DNA of 63,640 nucleotides, the filler included, from Myxococcota bacterium (GTDB taxonomy: Bacteria; Myxococcota_C; UBA6777): the NCBI GenBank assembly GCA_023150835.1. It is 3 parts of 3 records of this genome, joined end to end, with 100 filler letters (N's around TTAATTAATTAA, not from the genome) between each part and the next. Parts side by side here need not be neighbours in the genome. Positions count along the whole stretch, not along the records: positions 20,515 to 40,383 come from JAKLKB010000129.1; positions 40,484 to 63,640 come from JAKLKB010000003.1; 1 more part is not named here. The stretch is one strand, 5' to 3'. Of this stretch, positions 38,670 through 48,229 are shown in pieces (the stretch's first letter is position 1; each line of letters opens with the position of its first letter). A program made the position numbers and the translations under genes. Under the pieces are notes generated by a model that ran no database searches, was not told the DNA's origin, and saw only the letters and a program-made list of their open reading frames with translations.

Positions 38670-40043
38670 TTATGGCACATCTCGACCGGGAAGCCACTCT
38701 TCCTCTTTGGCGAGATCTTGCGCTTTTGCCCGAATCTCCGAGGAGGAAGACTTATTGCGCGTGATCTCGATCAACACAGGCTTGGATCCTTCTAACTTGA
38801 CGCGCTGGGCCTCCGAAGACCATTTGTCCTTGCGCAAGCGCACGACATAATCCCCCACAGGAAGGCTCAAACTAAACCCGCCGTTTTGCAAACTCCCGAT
38901 CGGCGTATCATCGATCACAAGCTCCGCATCAGGAACGTCGGAGGCGATCACCAATTGCCCGTTGGCTGTAGGTGGAGCGACGATACGCGGCCCTGTATTC
39001 CCCGAAAAGATCTGCCGCAACGTCGTACGATTGGCAAAGATCGCATACGCGATCAGACCAAAAAACACCGCTGCGTAGATCATCAACATCGGCGTCGCAA
39101 ACACGCGCTTGTTGAGCCAGTGCGCCAATCCAAGCTCTTGTTCCATACGCTTGGTGATCAAGTCGACGGGCTTTCGGACGTATTTGACGTTTTGCGGGAT
39201 CGCGGGTTGAGGCTTCGGAGACTTTTTCAGATCCGCCCCCGAAAGCCGCAAGACGATCGACGTCACGTTGTCCTTTCCGCCATTTTCGAGCGCTTGTCGA
39301 ACCAGCGCAACCGTCGCGGCTTGGACATCCTTGTGTTGGTTCAAGATCTCCTTGATCCTTGCATCGGGGACTTCGCCATGTAGTCCGTCCGAACAAAGCA
39401 TGATCACATCGCCCTCTTCGAGCTCGATGAACTTAAGATCCACCAACACTTGCGGCGTCGGTCCAAGCGCTTGCAGGATCACGTTCTTTCCCGCAAAATT
39501 CTCCGCATGTTCCGCGCTGATCGCACCTTCTTCGATCAGCCTCTCCAACAACGATTGATCTTTCGTGACGCGTGTTAATTCACCACCACGCAACAAATAA
39601 GCCCGGCTATCGCCCACTTGTGCAAGGAAAGCGACATCACCGTAGATCGCCGCTGCCGAAACTGTCGTACCCATCCCTTTTTTGGAGGTGTCCTGTTGAG
39701 CGAGCGTATAGATGCTGTGATTGGCTTTTTGGATCGCATGATCCAATTTTTCTCCGAACAGTTGGGGATCTTGCGCAGGTTCAAGATCTTGAAGCTCTCG
39801 AAACAGCGTATCCACCGTCATCTGGCTCGCCACTTCACCCGCTGCCGCACCGCCCATCCCATCGCACACCGCAAACAACAACCCACGCCCGCCCAAACGC
39901 CACGTCTCTCGCGTTTTATGCCGACCTCTGCGTTGGGTTTGCAGATCGGCGATCAAAAAATTATCTTCGTTCCCCTTACGAACACGCCCGACGTCACTCA
40001 GGCCAAAAAATTCCGCACTGATCTTTGGTGCTAATGGATCCAT
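38670..40043 (-). CDS. PP2C-type Ser/Thr phosphatase with TM segment and PEGA domain
   Basis: SDVGRVRKGNED, VCDGMGG, GMGTT, QVGDSRAY, CSDGL, GGKDNVT; C-terminal SDVPDAELVID. Confidence 0.93.
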   Translation of the reverse strand: MDPLAPKISAEFFGLSDVGRVRKGNEDNFLIADLQTQRRGRHKTRETWRLGGRGLLFAVCDGMGGAAAGEVASQMTVDTLFRELQDLEPAQDPQLFGEKLDHAIQKANHSIYTLAQQDTSKKGMGTTVSAAAIYGDVAFLAQVGDSRAYLLRGGELTRVTKDQSLLERLIEEGAISAEHAENFAGKNVILQALGPTPQVLVDLKFIELEEGDVIMLCSDGLHGEVPDARIKEILNQHKDVQAATVALVRQALENGGKDNVTSIVLRLSGADLKKSPKPQPAIPQNVKYVRKPVDLITKRMEQELGLAHWLNKRVFATPMLMIYAAVFFGLIAYAIFANRTTLRQIFSGNTGPRIVAPPTANGQLVIASDVPDAELVIDDTPIGSLQNGGFSLSLPVGDYVVRLRKDKWSSEAQRVKLEGSKPVLIEITRNKSSSSEIRAKAQDLAKEEEWLPGRDVP

Positions 40044-40218
40044 CCCTTCCTGCCCTTCGTTCCTTCGCTTTTGTCACGCAACGAACCATTGGCCCGTAGC
40101 CTACGCAAAAGCAAAGAAAAACGCAAGCCAACACCTCCCAACCCACACAAGCCTATTGACTGCGCAACATCGTGCGGATATCTCTTCTGTCTTGGGGCCG
40201 CCCAGCCAAGTCATACGA

Positions 40219-40383
40219 AATCCGCCTGTTGTGTGATCGTGTAGGGGCAGCCCCCTGTGGCTGCCCGATAATCCGCCTGTTGTGTGATCGTGTAGGGGCA
40301 GCCCCCTGTGGCTGCCCGATAATCCGCCTGTTGTGTGATCGTGTAGGGGCAGCCCCCTGTGGCTGCCCGATAATCCGCCTGTT
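40219..40383 (+). repeat. Tandem array of 51-bp REP-containing units (3+ copies, cut by gap)
   Basis: AATCCGCCTGTTGTGTGATCGTGTAGGGGCAGCCCCCTGTGGCTGCCCGAT; GTAG followed by GGGCAGCC/GGCTGCCC hairpin. Confidence 0.92.
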
Positions 40384-40483
40384 NNNNNNNNNNNNNNNNN
40401 NNNNNNNNNNNNNNNNNNNNNNNNNNNTTAATTAATTAANNNNNNNNNNNNNNNNNNNNNNNNNNNNNNNNNNNNNNNNNNNN
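40384..40483. other. Artificial contig-joining linker
   Basis: N run flanking TTAATTAATTAA. Confidence 0.98.
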
Positions 40484-40612
40484 GGATAGCACACGCCCCT
40501 TTGCGCGTCAATCTTTTTTTCAGGGGCCACCGTTCGGTGTCGCTTGTAGATGGGATCTACGCCATCAAGATGCGTCATACGAGATCCGCCCATTGTGTGA
40601 TCGTAAAACGTA

Positions 40613-40911
40613 GGGGCAGCCCCCATACGCGCCTTGTTAAGGTGGAAACACCGGATAGTCTAGCCTGATCGCCGTTTCTTTTGTCGCCCCCCCCTCAATC
40701 CCCCCTCAATCCCCCCTCAATCCCCCCGTGAACGGGGGGAAGTTGGAACGGGCAGCGTCTGCGCGTCGTGCATACAGCGTGTGTCATGAAAAAACAAAAT
40801 CCCCGCTGCTTCCGACTTTCGCTCCCTCCCCTGTTCACGGGGGAGGGCTGGGGGAGGGCTGGGGTGGGGGGGCCAACAAGCGCTTAACCTAACGCCTATG
40901 GGGGCTGCCCC
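40613..40911. mobile_element. ~300-bp non-coding MITE/REPIN-like element with terminal inverted repeats
   Basis: Left GGGGCAGCCCCCATACGCG..GTTAAG, right CTTAAC..CGCCTATGGGGGCTGCCCC; partial copies at 1-164 and 20219-20414. Confidence 0.7.
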
Positions 40912-40952
40912 CTGTGGCTGCCCAAGAATAGGGCGATCCGCTGCCCAAGAAT

Positions 40953-40977
40953 GGGGCGGTTCGCGAACCGCCCCTAC
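40953..40977 (-). repeat. GTAG-type REP palindrome
   Basis: Reverse strand reads GTAGGGGCGGTTCGCGAACCGCCCC. Confidence 0.85.
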
Positions 40978-41113
40978 ATCATGCGATCATACATTACGCG
41001 GAGATCGTATCAGTCCTCTACACAAACGGCGTGCTTTGTGTAGGATACGGGAGCGCAATCGAGTCACCGCGCATCGAAACTCAAAAGATGCGCTGCATCG
41101 GGAGATTTGTTTG

Positions 41114-44100
41114 ATGAATGTTGCGATCATGGTGTCCGTCGACGCCAAAGAAAGCTACGAACTCTTTGTACCGGGACTGTCTTTGCAGCGCTTTCGCGGG
41201 GCCAGCCTCGCCGAGCAGCTCGACAACATCGCCCTTCACTTGATGGAACGGGTTCCACGCTGGCCGATTCGGGATATGCCCTTGTTGGCTTTTTGCCCTT
41301 ATATCGAGCTACGTAAGATCAAGGTCGAGATCGATCTGCGCCCCTTTAAGCAAAAACTCAAAAAGACGTGGACAGGGCGCTTTGCGGTAGTTCTAAGCCG
41401 CTGGCCGGGCGACGGCTTCTACACAGCCGTGATCCCGCGCCTGAGCAACCAACGCTTTGCGCTGATGCGTACGGCTTATCTGGAGCATGCCGTCAAGCAC
41501 TTTGTCGAAGCATGGGTCGAAGAGACGGGAAAGATCGAGCTTGACGACTACATCTGCCGCTCTTACGAGTACCTCGAAGTTTTGGATGTCGAGTTGGACT
41601 ACCCAACGATCTTGCCGTCGCGTCCGAAGAAAAACAAAAACAAGACCAAAAAAACCAAGCCGGGCGAACCCAAACAAAAACGCAAGCGCGAGATCGTTGC
41701 ACCCACCACCTTGCGCGAAGTCGGACTGAACCTCAGCCACCGCGCCATCGACGATCGCCTCTCTCCGGCATTTGGCCGAGAGACACTCGTCAAACAGATC
41801 CTCCAGTTGCTCCAACGAGAAGGCGCTGCGATCTTGCTTGTGGGCCCGTCGGGTGTAGGAAAAACAGCGATCATCCACGAAGTCGTTCGCAGCCTCGCCA
41901 AGCAAGAACTCCCAATCCAAGAGCGAAACGACATCTGGGAGATCGATGGCAACCGTCTGATCGCAGGAATGAGCGTGGTGGGTGCATGGGAACAACGCTG
42001 CCAAAATATGGTCCACGAACTCCAATCCCGCAACGATATCCTCTACGTCAACGATCTTCCTTCGCTCGTATACACGGGGCGTTCCGCACACTCGGACACC
42101 CACGTCGCTCAGTACCTCGAACCCCACCTCGCACGCGGTGACTTCCGCATCCTCGGCGAATGTACTCCCGAACGCCTCGAAGCCACCCGCGAAGAAGCTC
42201 CCGGCTTCTTCGCACGCTTCCGCATCCTTCAGATCCCCGAACTCCCCGAAAAAGACACCCTCTCGGTACTTGTTCACGCCACACGCCGCTTTGAAACGCT
42301 CGAAGATATCGTGATCGCCCCCGACACCCTCCTCACAACACTCGCCCTCACCCGACGCTTTCAAGCCCACGAATGTTTCCCGGGAAAGGCCATCACGCTC
42401 TTGCGTCGATTGATCTCCGACCATCAAGATATCACCGAAGACTCCTTTGGTCGCCGCTCGATCCAACGCGAACAACTCGTCCGCTTTTTTGAACGCCAAA
42501 CCGGCCTACCCGGCTTTATTCTGTGGGAACAACAAGCCCGCGCCACCAGCGATATCCGCAGCCACTTTGAGCGCCGCATCATCGCCCAACAAGCCGCTGT
42601 CCACGCTGTGACAGATGTCGTCACCACCCTTCAACAAGGACTCAACGATCCCGAAAGGCCCCTTGCCACCATGCTTTTCGTCGGCCCCACAGGTGTCGGC
42701 AAAACCGAAACCGCCAAAGCCCTCGCGGCTTATCTCTTTGGCCGAGAAGACCGCATGATCCGCTTTGATATGTCCGAATTCATGGATGGATGGGCTGTTT
42801 CGCGCCTAATCGGCGACCGCTATCAGCCCGACGGTGAACTCACCCGCCGCGTCCAACAACAGCCCTTTAGTGTGATCCTGCTCGATGAGATCGAAAAGGG
42901 CCATCCTGCCGTCTTTGACGCCATGCTCCAAGTCCTCGGTGAAGGCCGCTTGACCAACGCCGCAGGACGCACCGTCAACTTCTGCAACACCGTTGTGATC
43001 ATGACTTCCAACCTCGGCGTGCGCGAAGCCAACCGCTCTCTCGGCTTTGCTGGCCCCGACGAAGAACAGATGGACACCCATTACCGCAAAGCCGCCGAAG
43101 GCTTCTTCCGCCCCGAATTCTTCAACCGCATCGATCGCATCGTCCCTTTTCGCCGCCTCGGTCGAGACGCCATCGCTCCCCTTGTCCAACGCCTTCTCCA
43201 AGATATCTTGGGCCGCCGGGGACTTCGTCGCAGCCAAATCATGGTCCAAGTCGATCCCGCACTCGTCGAACTGCTGATCGATCTGGGCTTTGATCCCCAA
43301 TACGGCGCACGCTCCATGAAACGCTTGCTCGAACAGCGCCTCACCGTCCCGCTCGCCAAACGCCTTGTCGAATCGCCTCCCGCACAAAACACCTTGATCC
43401 AAGTCTTCGAACAAGAAAAAGATATCGCGATGGAGATCTGGAACCTCGAAGAACCCCATGTCGAACTCTTGCCCAGCCTACAGCCCGTTCAACGCTTTGA
43501 AGAACTCAAACCCCGCTTTGAAGCCGTCACAACAGGCTTTGCCCTACTCTCCAACGACCCCATGATCCAAACACTTCAGGCCGAACACACCCAACTCCTT
43601 CAAGCCTTTAACGCCCAAACACACGCTTTCCACAACCAGACTTCCGAAACCTCTCTCTCTCCAACTCTCCCCTCCCAACAACAAGAGCGGCTCAACTTCC
43701 TCGGCGAACTCCTTGACGAGATCCGCCAAATCCAAGGAGCCATCGAGCATTTTCAAGAAGAATACCTCGCCACCTTCCATTTCCAAGAAGTCCTTGAGTA
43801 CGGCGTCATGAGCACCATCAAGCACGAATACCGACGTATGCGCTCCGACTTTATCTCCGAACAACCCATCGACAGCGACTCCCAACGCTTGCTTCCTTTC
43901 GCACGCCTAGCCATCAACGATCTGCGCCTGCGCTTTGCCAGCTTGCTGTTTCGCGCACAAAACGCACACCGCTTCCAAGGCAACCACGCTCTCTTGCGCA
44001 TCCTGCCCATGACAGAAGATCCCAATACTCGCCTTCAAATGCTTTGTTTTGCCTACGCTTTCGCCCAATGCTGGCAACCTTGGGCCAGCCTCCAGATCTT

Positions 44101-45091
44101 CCGATGCGGTCCTCTAGGCTGGCAGATCGACACCACCCCCCACAACGCCCGAAAAGAAGACAGCCTCGCCAACTATCTCGATGCCAATGCCCCTCAAAGC
44201 CAATGGCACGATATCACTGCCATCGCCATCCATCTACACGGCCCCGGCATCCGCCAGTTGCTCGAAGACGAAGTCGGCTTCTGGCTCTACACCTACAGCA
44301 GCGGCCCTGATCAGATCTGTGACCTGTTGCGTATCGAAGATGTATTCGACCAAGCCCTCCTCGCCCTTTGGCCCGATACATCCGCTCCTTCCGATATAAG
44401 CAGATCACCCGAAAACTTCGGCACCTCCGACGCCTCCAACCCCCTTAACACATCCGAACCATCCGATACAAACAACGCACCCAGCACATCCGCTCCATCC
44501 GATACAAACAACGCACCCAGCATATCCGCTCCATCCGATACAAACAACGCACCCAGCATATCCGCTCCATCCTACATCACCCACACATCCGAACCATCCG
44601 ATGCGTCCGCTTCCTCCGACACCACCCACACATCCGAACCATCCGATGCGCCCGCTTCCTCCGACACCACCCACACATCCGAACCATCCGATACGCCTGC
44701 TTCTTCCAACACATCTGAACCATCCGATGCTGTCGCCTCTTCCGATGCTGTCGCCTCTTCCAAGATCACCCACACAACCGAGGCATCCGTCCGAACGCCC
44801 CATCCATCCGTCCCCACCGAAGCCGAGATCGGCCAAGCGCTCACCGCGATGGATCGAGCTTATACAGATTATCTTGAAGCACGAAGACAACGCGGCGATG
44901 TCCGCAACCCACGTCCACAACTGCCGCTGTGCCGCCTATTCCACGAACACTTTTCGATCGACCCGCTGACGGGCGAAGAACTCTATCTTCCCGTTCATTC
45001 GGACCAAAACGAAACAGATCTGCTCGATCAACTCGCCCAGACCATGCACCGTATCGCGATGTATCGCGTCCTTGCCAAATACCTCCAATAG
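41114..45091 (+). CDS. Atypical ClpA/B-like double AAA+ ATPase, paralogue A
   Basis: GGAG RBS; NBD1 GPSGVGKT, pore loop IAGMSVVGAWEQR, Walker B ILYVND; NBD2 [42 protein letters not shown]; no Clp-N domain. Confidence 0.9.
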   Translation: MNVAIMVSVDAKESYELFVPGLSLQRFRGASLAEQLDNIALHLMERVPRWPIRDMPLLAFCPYIELRKIKVEIDLRPFKQKLKKTWTGRFAVVLSRWPGDGFYTAVIPRLSNQRFALMRTAYLEHAVKHFVEAWVEETGKIELDDYICRSYEYLEVLDVELDYPTILPSRPKKNKNKTKKTKPGEPKQKRKREIVAPTTLREVGLNLSHRAIDDRLSPAFGRETLVKQILQLLQREGAAILLVGPSGVGKTAIIHEVVRSLAKQELPIQERNDIWEIDGNRLIAGMSVVGAWEQRCQNMVHELQSRNDILYVNDLPSLVYTGRSAHSDTHVAQYLEPHLARGDFRILGECTPERLEATREEAPGFFARFRILQIPELPEKDTLSVLVHATRRFETLEDIVIAPDTLLTTLALTRRFQAHECFPGKAITLLRRLISDHQDITEDSFGRRSIQREQLVRFFERQTGLPGFILWEQQARATSDIRSHFERRIIAQQAAVHAVTDVVTTLQQGLNDPERPLATMLFVGPTGVGKTETAKALAAYLFGREDRMIRFDMSEFMDGWAVSRLIGDRYQPDGELTRRVQQQPFSVILLDEIEKGHPAVFDAMLQVLGEGRLTNAAGRTVNFCNTVVIMTSNLGVREANRSLGFAGPDEEQMDTHYRKAAEGFFRPEFFNRIDRIVPFRRLGRDAIAPLVQRLLQDILGRRGLRRSQIMVQVDPALVELLIDLGFDPQYGARSMKRLLEQRLTVPLAKRLVESPPAQNTLIQVFEQEKDIAMEIWNLEEPHVELLPSLQPVQRFEELKPRFEAVTTGFALLSNDPMIQTLQAEHTQLLQAFNAQTHAFHNQTSETSLSPTLPSQQQERLNFLGELLDEIRQIQGAIEHFQEEYLATFHFQEVLEYGVMSTIKHEYRRMRSDFISEQPIDSDSQRLLPFARLAINDLRLRFASLLFRAQNAHRFQGNHALLRILPMTEDPNTRLQMLCFAYAFAQCWQPWASLQIFRCGPLGWQIDTTPHNARKEDSLANYLDANAPQSQWHDITAIAIHLHGPGIRQLLEDEVGFWLYTYSSGPDQICDLLRIEDVFDQALLALWPDTSAPSDISRSPENFGTSDASNPLNTSEPSDTNNAPSTSAPSDTNNAPSISAPSDTNNAPSISAPSYITHTSEPSDASASSDTTHTSEPSDAPASSDTTHTSEPSDTPASSNTSEPSDAVASSDAVASSKITHTTEASVRTPHPSVPTEAEIGQALTAMDRAYTDYLEARRQRGDVRNPRPQLPLCRLFHEHFSIDPLTGEELYLPVHSDQNETDLLDQLAQTMHRIAMYRVLAKYLQ

Positions 45092-45113
45092 CCCATAGCT
45101 CACGGATCGCCGC

Positions 45114-48100
45114 ATGCAACAGCGTTTTCATGTCTTCACCAAACACCACTTTAACGGATGGTATACCGCGCAAGTCCTCACCCATCCCAACTACACCACA
45201 TACGCCGCCACCCTCAAACAAGCCCGCGAGGAACTTCACGAAGTCCTTGCCCGCGAACTCGCGCTCAAACGCATCACCACCCCCGAAACCGACACCTTCT
45301 TCGATCCGCTGAACCAACACGCCCTACGGCTCGAACTCAACGCGGTCCAAAACGAGCGCCTTGTGCGTGTCCCCATGCGTTTTACTTTGTTCGAGCGCCC
45401 GCTCAAGGAAAAAGATCTCTTCGAGATCTGGATCCCTCGGATCGAAAAGACATTTCGGATCTTCGACAAAGACAACATCATCCCTTGGTCCGAAGAGATC
45501 GTGCGCGGCTTCTTTCACTTGCGCCAAGTCGAGTCCCTGCTGCAATACCAATACGAACGCAACGAACGCCTCGAAGCCTTGGAGGTGGTGTACCACGGAG
45601 CAGGCCGCTACAAGGTTAAAAAAGAAGACGAAAAGCCCGACGAGGATATCTTTGCCTTCCAAGAGAGCAATCCGCTCAAAGAAGTGGGCGTCAATCTGAC
45701 GCTCGAAGCCTCGGAAGGACGCTTGCAACGCGCTCATTTTCGAGAAAAGCCCCTTCAACAACTGCTGTCCGTTCTCAGCGGCCACCAGCAACGCAGCCTT
45801 TTGTTGATCGGCCCGTCGGGTGTAGGCAAGAGCGCACTTGTCCACGAACTCGCCCATCGCATCGCACTCAAACAAGTCCCTGAGCGCCTTCACAACACCA
45901 ATATCTGGTACGTCACAGGAGGCCGCATCATCGCAGGGATGAAGTATCTCGGGGAGTGGCAAGAGCGATGTATGCGGATCATCGAGGAAGTTCGCGCAGA
46001 ACAAGGCATCCTTTATATCGACGGCATCCTCGAAGTGATGATGTCGGGTTCGCTGCGCAGCGGACTCAACGTTGCACAGATGCTGTTGCCGTTTTTGCAA
46101 AAAGATGACTTGGTGGTGATCGCCGAAGCAACGCCCGATGCACTCGCGATGGCTGAACAACTCAACGCCCCCTTTGTCCAAACCTTCCGACGCTTCCCTG
46201 TTCCCGCCTTTTCCGCCCAAGAATCGTTCTCCATCCTCGAACGTTCCGCCCAAAAGCTCGGCAAAGAGAACCAGATCCTGTTTACCCGCGAAGCCCTTCA
46301 ACGTGCGCTCGATATCCTCGCTCGCTTCGGCGATGCCAATGCTCTCCCCGGCTCTGGCATCCGATTGATTGAGCAGATGGCCCACCTCTATCCCCCCGGC
46401 ACACAAAAACGCAAGCTCCATCCACAAGACGCCATCCAAGCTTTTTCCCGCTCTAGCGGCTTTCCTGAGGCCCTGATCGATCCCGATCAAAACCTTGATA
46501 TGGACGCTGTTCGGCAGTTCTTTTTGGATCGCATCGTCGGCCAAGACAACCCTGTCCGTTTGCTCTCGAATCTGATCATGTTGATCAAAGCCAGCCTCAA
46601 TGATCCCCAAAAACCCCTCGGCTCCTTTCTCTTTATGGGACCCACAGGAGTCGGAAAGACCGAGTCGGTCTTGGCCCTCACCGAATATCTTTTCCGCGAC
46701 CGCAAACGCCTGATCCGCCTCGATATGTCCGAATACGCGGCTCACGGTTCGGCCATGCGCCTTGTCGGAGGCGTCGACGGCGAAGGCGACCTCACCCGCA
46801 AGATCCGCGAACAACCCTTCTCTGTTGTCCTCCTTGATGAGATCGAAAAAGCCGACCCAAGTGTCTTTGATATCCTACTCCAAGTCCTCGGTGAAGGCCG
46901 TCTCACCGACACCACAGGCTCCACCGTCCACTTTACCCATGCCATCGTGATCATGACCTCCAACCTCGGGGCCGAACAAAAGAACCCCGTCGGCTTTGCA
47001 GGCCGCACTCTCAAAGGTCTCGAAGCCCATTACCGCGATGCTGCCGAGCGTTTCTTTCGGCCCGAATTCATCAACCGCATCGACTTCTTGGTCCCCTTCC
47101 ATCCGCTCGAACGCGATTCTCTCCGACGCATCGCAAAGATGATGCTCGATCAAGCCATCCAACGCGAAGGCTTCCAGCGCCGCGAGATCAAAGTCCAGTA
47201 CAACGACGAACTGCTCGATCATCTCGTCTCTATCGGCTATCAACCCCGCTACGGAGCGCGACCCATGAAGCGCGCCATCGAACAAACTGTCCTCGTCCCG
47301 CTCTCTCGACGACTGATCCGCAGAAAAGACGCACAGGCCGAAACCTTCGAGCTTTACATCGACCAAGATCACCTCGCCATCCTCTCCAACCGCACCCCCT
47401 CCACCCCCATCCCTCTGCCCTTGCGCACCGTCCAACTCCAACACGACAACCTCTGGGAACGCTATCTCGGCGACCTCCGACGCCGACTCCAGTCTTGGGA
47501 AGAAACCCCTTTCCTGCTCGAACTCCGACAACAAGGACATCCGCTGTTCGGGCGTTTTGCACACTTCCTCCAAGACATCCACGATATCGAGTGGCTGTCC
47601 AAACGCACTCCCTCCACCCTTCCTCCCAACACCCAAGCGGATCTCCACGCCCGCGCCCTCGCACTCGACGCACAGCGCCTCCAACTCGAATGGGATCTCT
47701 CTGTCGCTCGGTGGCTCCTCTCCCCCCATCCCACCGCCTGTTCGCTCTTTCTCCACAGCCCCACGCTCCACCCCCAAAGCATCCGCCTGATGCTGCGCAT
47801 GGCCGATGCCTACAAACAATTCGCCCAAGAACTCGACCTCTCCCTCCAGATCACCGAAGAACCCCAACGCATCGCTCTGTCCTTTCAAGGCTCTCTCGCC
47901 GCCCTCTTGCGCGCAGAGATCGGCATCCATCGCCTACAGATCGAAGACAACGCCTCCGTCGATATCATCCTCTCCGAAACAACCCAACCACCCGACCTCA
48001 CCACCACCGAAGAAGATTCCCCCCTCCCGATCCGCATCCTCACCGAAGATCCACCCCTGCTCTTCGATCCGCTGTCTTCTCTTGAGATCCACGCCCCCCT

Positions 48101-48158
48101 CACCACCCTCTCGTCCCATCTACGGACTTTTTTGCTCATGCGCTTTGACTTCGCATAG
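45114..48158 (+). CDS. Atypical ClpA/B-like double AAA+ ATPase, paralogue B
   Basis: NBD1 [21 protein letters not shown], Walker B ILYIDG; NBD2 [39 protein letters not shown]-terminal [11 protein letters not shown]. Confidence 0.9.
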   Translation: MQQRFHVFTKHHFNGWYTAQVLTHPNYTTYAATLKQAREELHEVLARELALKRITTPETDTFFDPLNQHALRLELNAVQNERLVRVPMRFTLFERPLKEKDLFEIWIPRIEKTFRIFDKDNIIPWSEEIVRGFFHLRQVESLLQYQYERNERLEALEVVYHGAGRYKVKKEDEKPDEDIFAFQESNPLKEVGVNLTLEASEGRLQRAHFREKPLQQLLSVLSGHQQRSLLLIGPSGVGKSALVHELAHRIALKQVPERLHNTNIWYVTGGRIIAGMKYLGEWQERCMRIIEEVRAEQGILYIDGILEVMMSGSLRSGLNVAQMLLPFLQKDDLVVIAEATPDALAMAEQLNAPFVQTFRRFPVPAFSAQESFSILERSAQKLGKENQILFTREALQRALDILARFGDANALPGSGIRLIEQMAHLYPPGTQKRKLHPQDAIQAFSRSSGFPEALIDPDQNLDMDAVRQFFLDRIVGQDNPVRLLSNLIMLIKASLNDPQKPLGSFLFMGPTGVGKTESVLALTEYLFRDRKRLIRLDMSEYAAHGSAMRLVGGVDGEGDLTRKIREQPFSVVLLDEIEKADPSVFDILLQVLGEGRLTDTTGSTVHFTHAIVIMTSNLGAEQKNPVGFAGRTLKGLEAHYRDAAERFFRPEFINRIDFLVPFHPLERDSLRRIAKMMLDQAIQREGFQRREIKVQYNDELLDHLVSIGYQPRYGARPMKRAIEQTVLVPLSRRLIRRKDAQAETFELYIDQDHLAILSNRTPSTPIPLPLRTVQLQHDNLWERYLGDLRRRLQSWEETPFLLELRQQGHPLFGRFAHFLQDIHDIEWLSKRTPSTLPPNTQADLHARALALDAQRLQLEWDLSVARWLLSPHPTACSLFLHSPTLHPQSIRLMLRMADAYKQFAQELDLSLQITEEPQRIALSFQGSLAALLRAEIGIHRLQIEDNASVDIILSETTQPPDLTTTEEDSPLPIRILTEDPPLLFDPLSSLEIHAPLTTLSSHLRTFLLMRFDFA

Positions 48159-48229
48159 AAGTCATGCGACATCGCCCAAACCAACACACGGAACACACCA
48201 CTCCAAACCTACAGGAAGCTCACTCCACA

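Noticed and set aside
40219-40383. Possible CRISPR array
   Set aside because: Units are identical end to end with no unique spacers and no cas genes; it is a REP tandem
41114-48158. Calling these clpA/clpB/clpV
   Set aside because: No Clp-N domain, degenerate NBD1 Walker B, extra C-terminal domain and no T6SS genes
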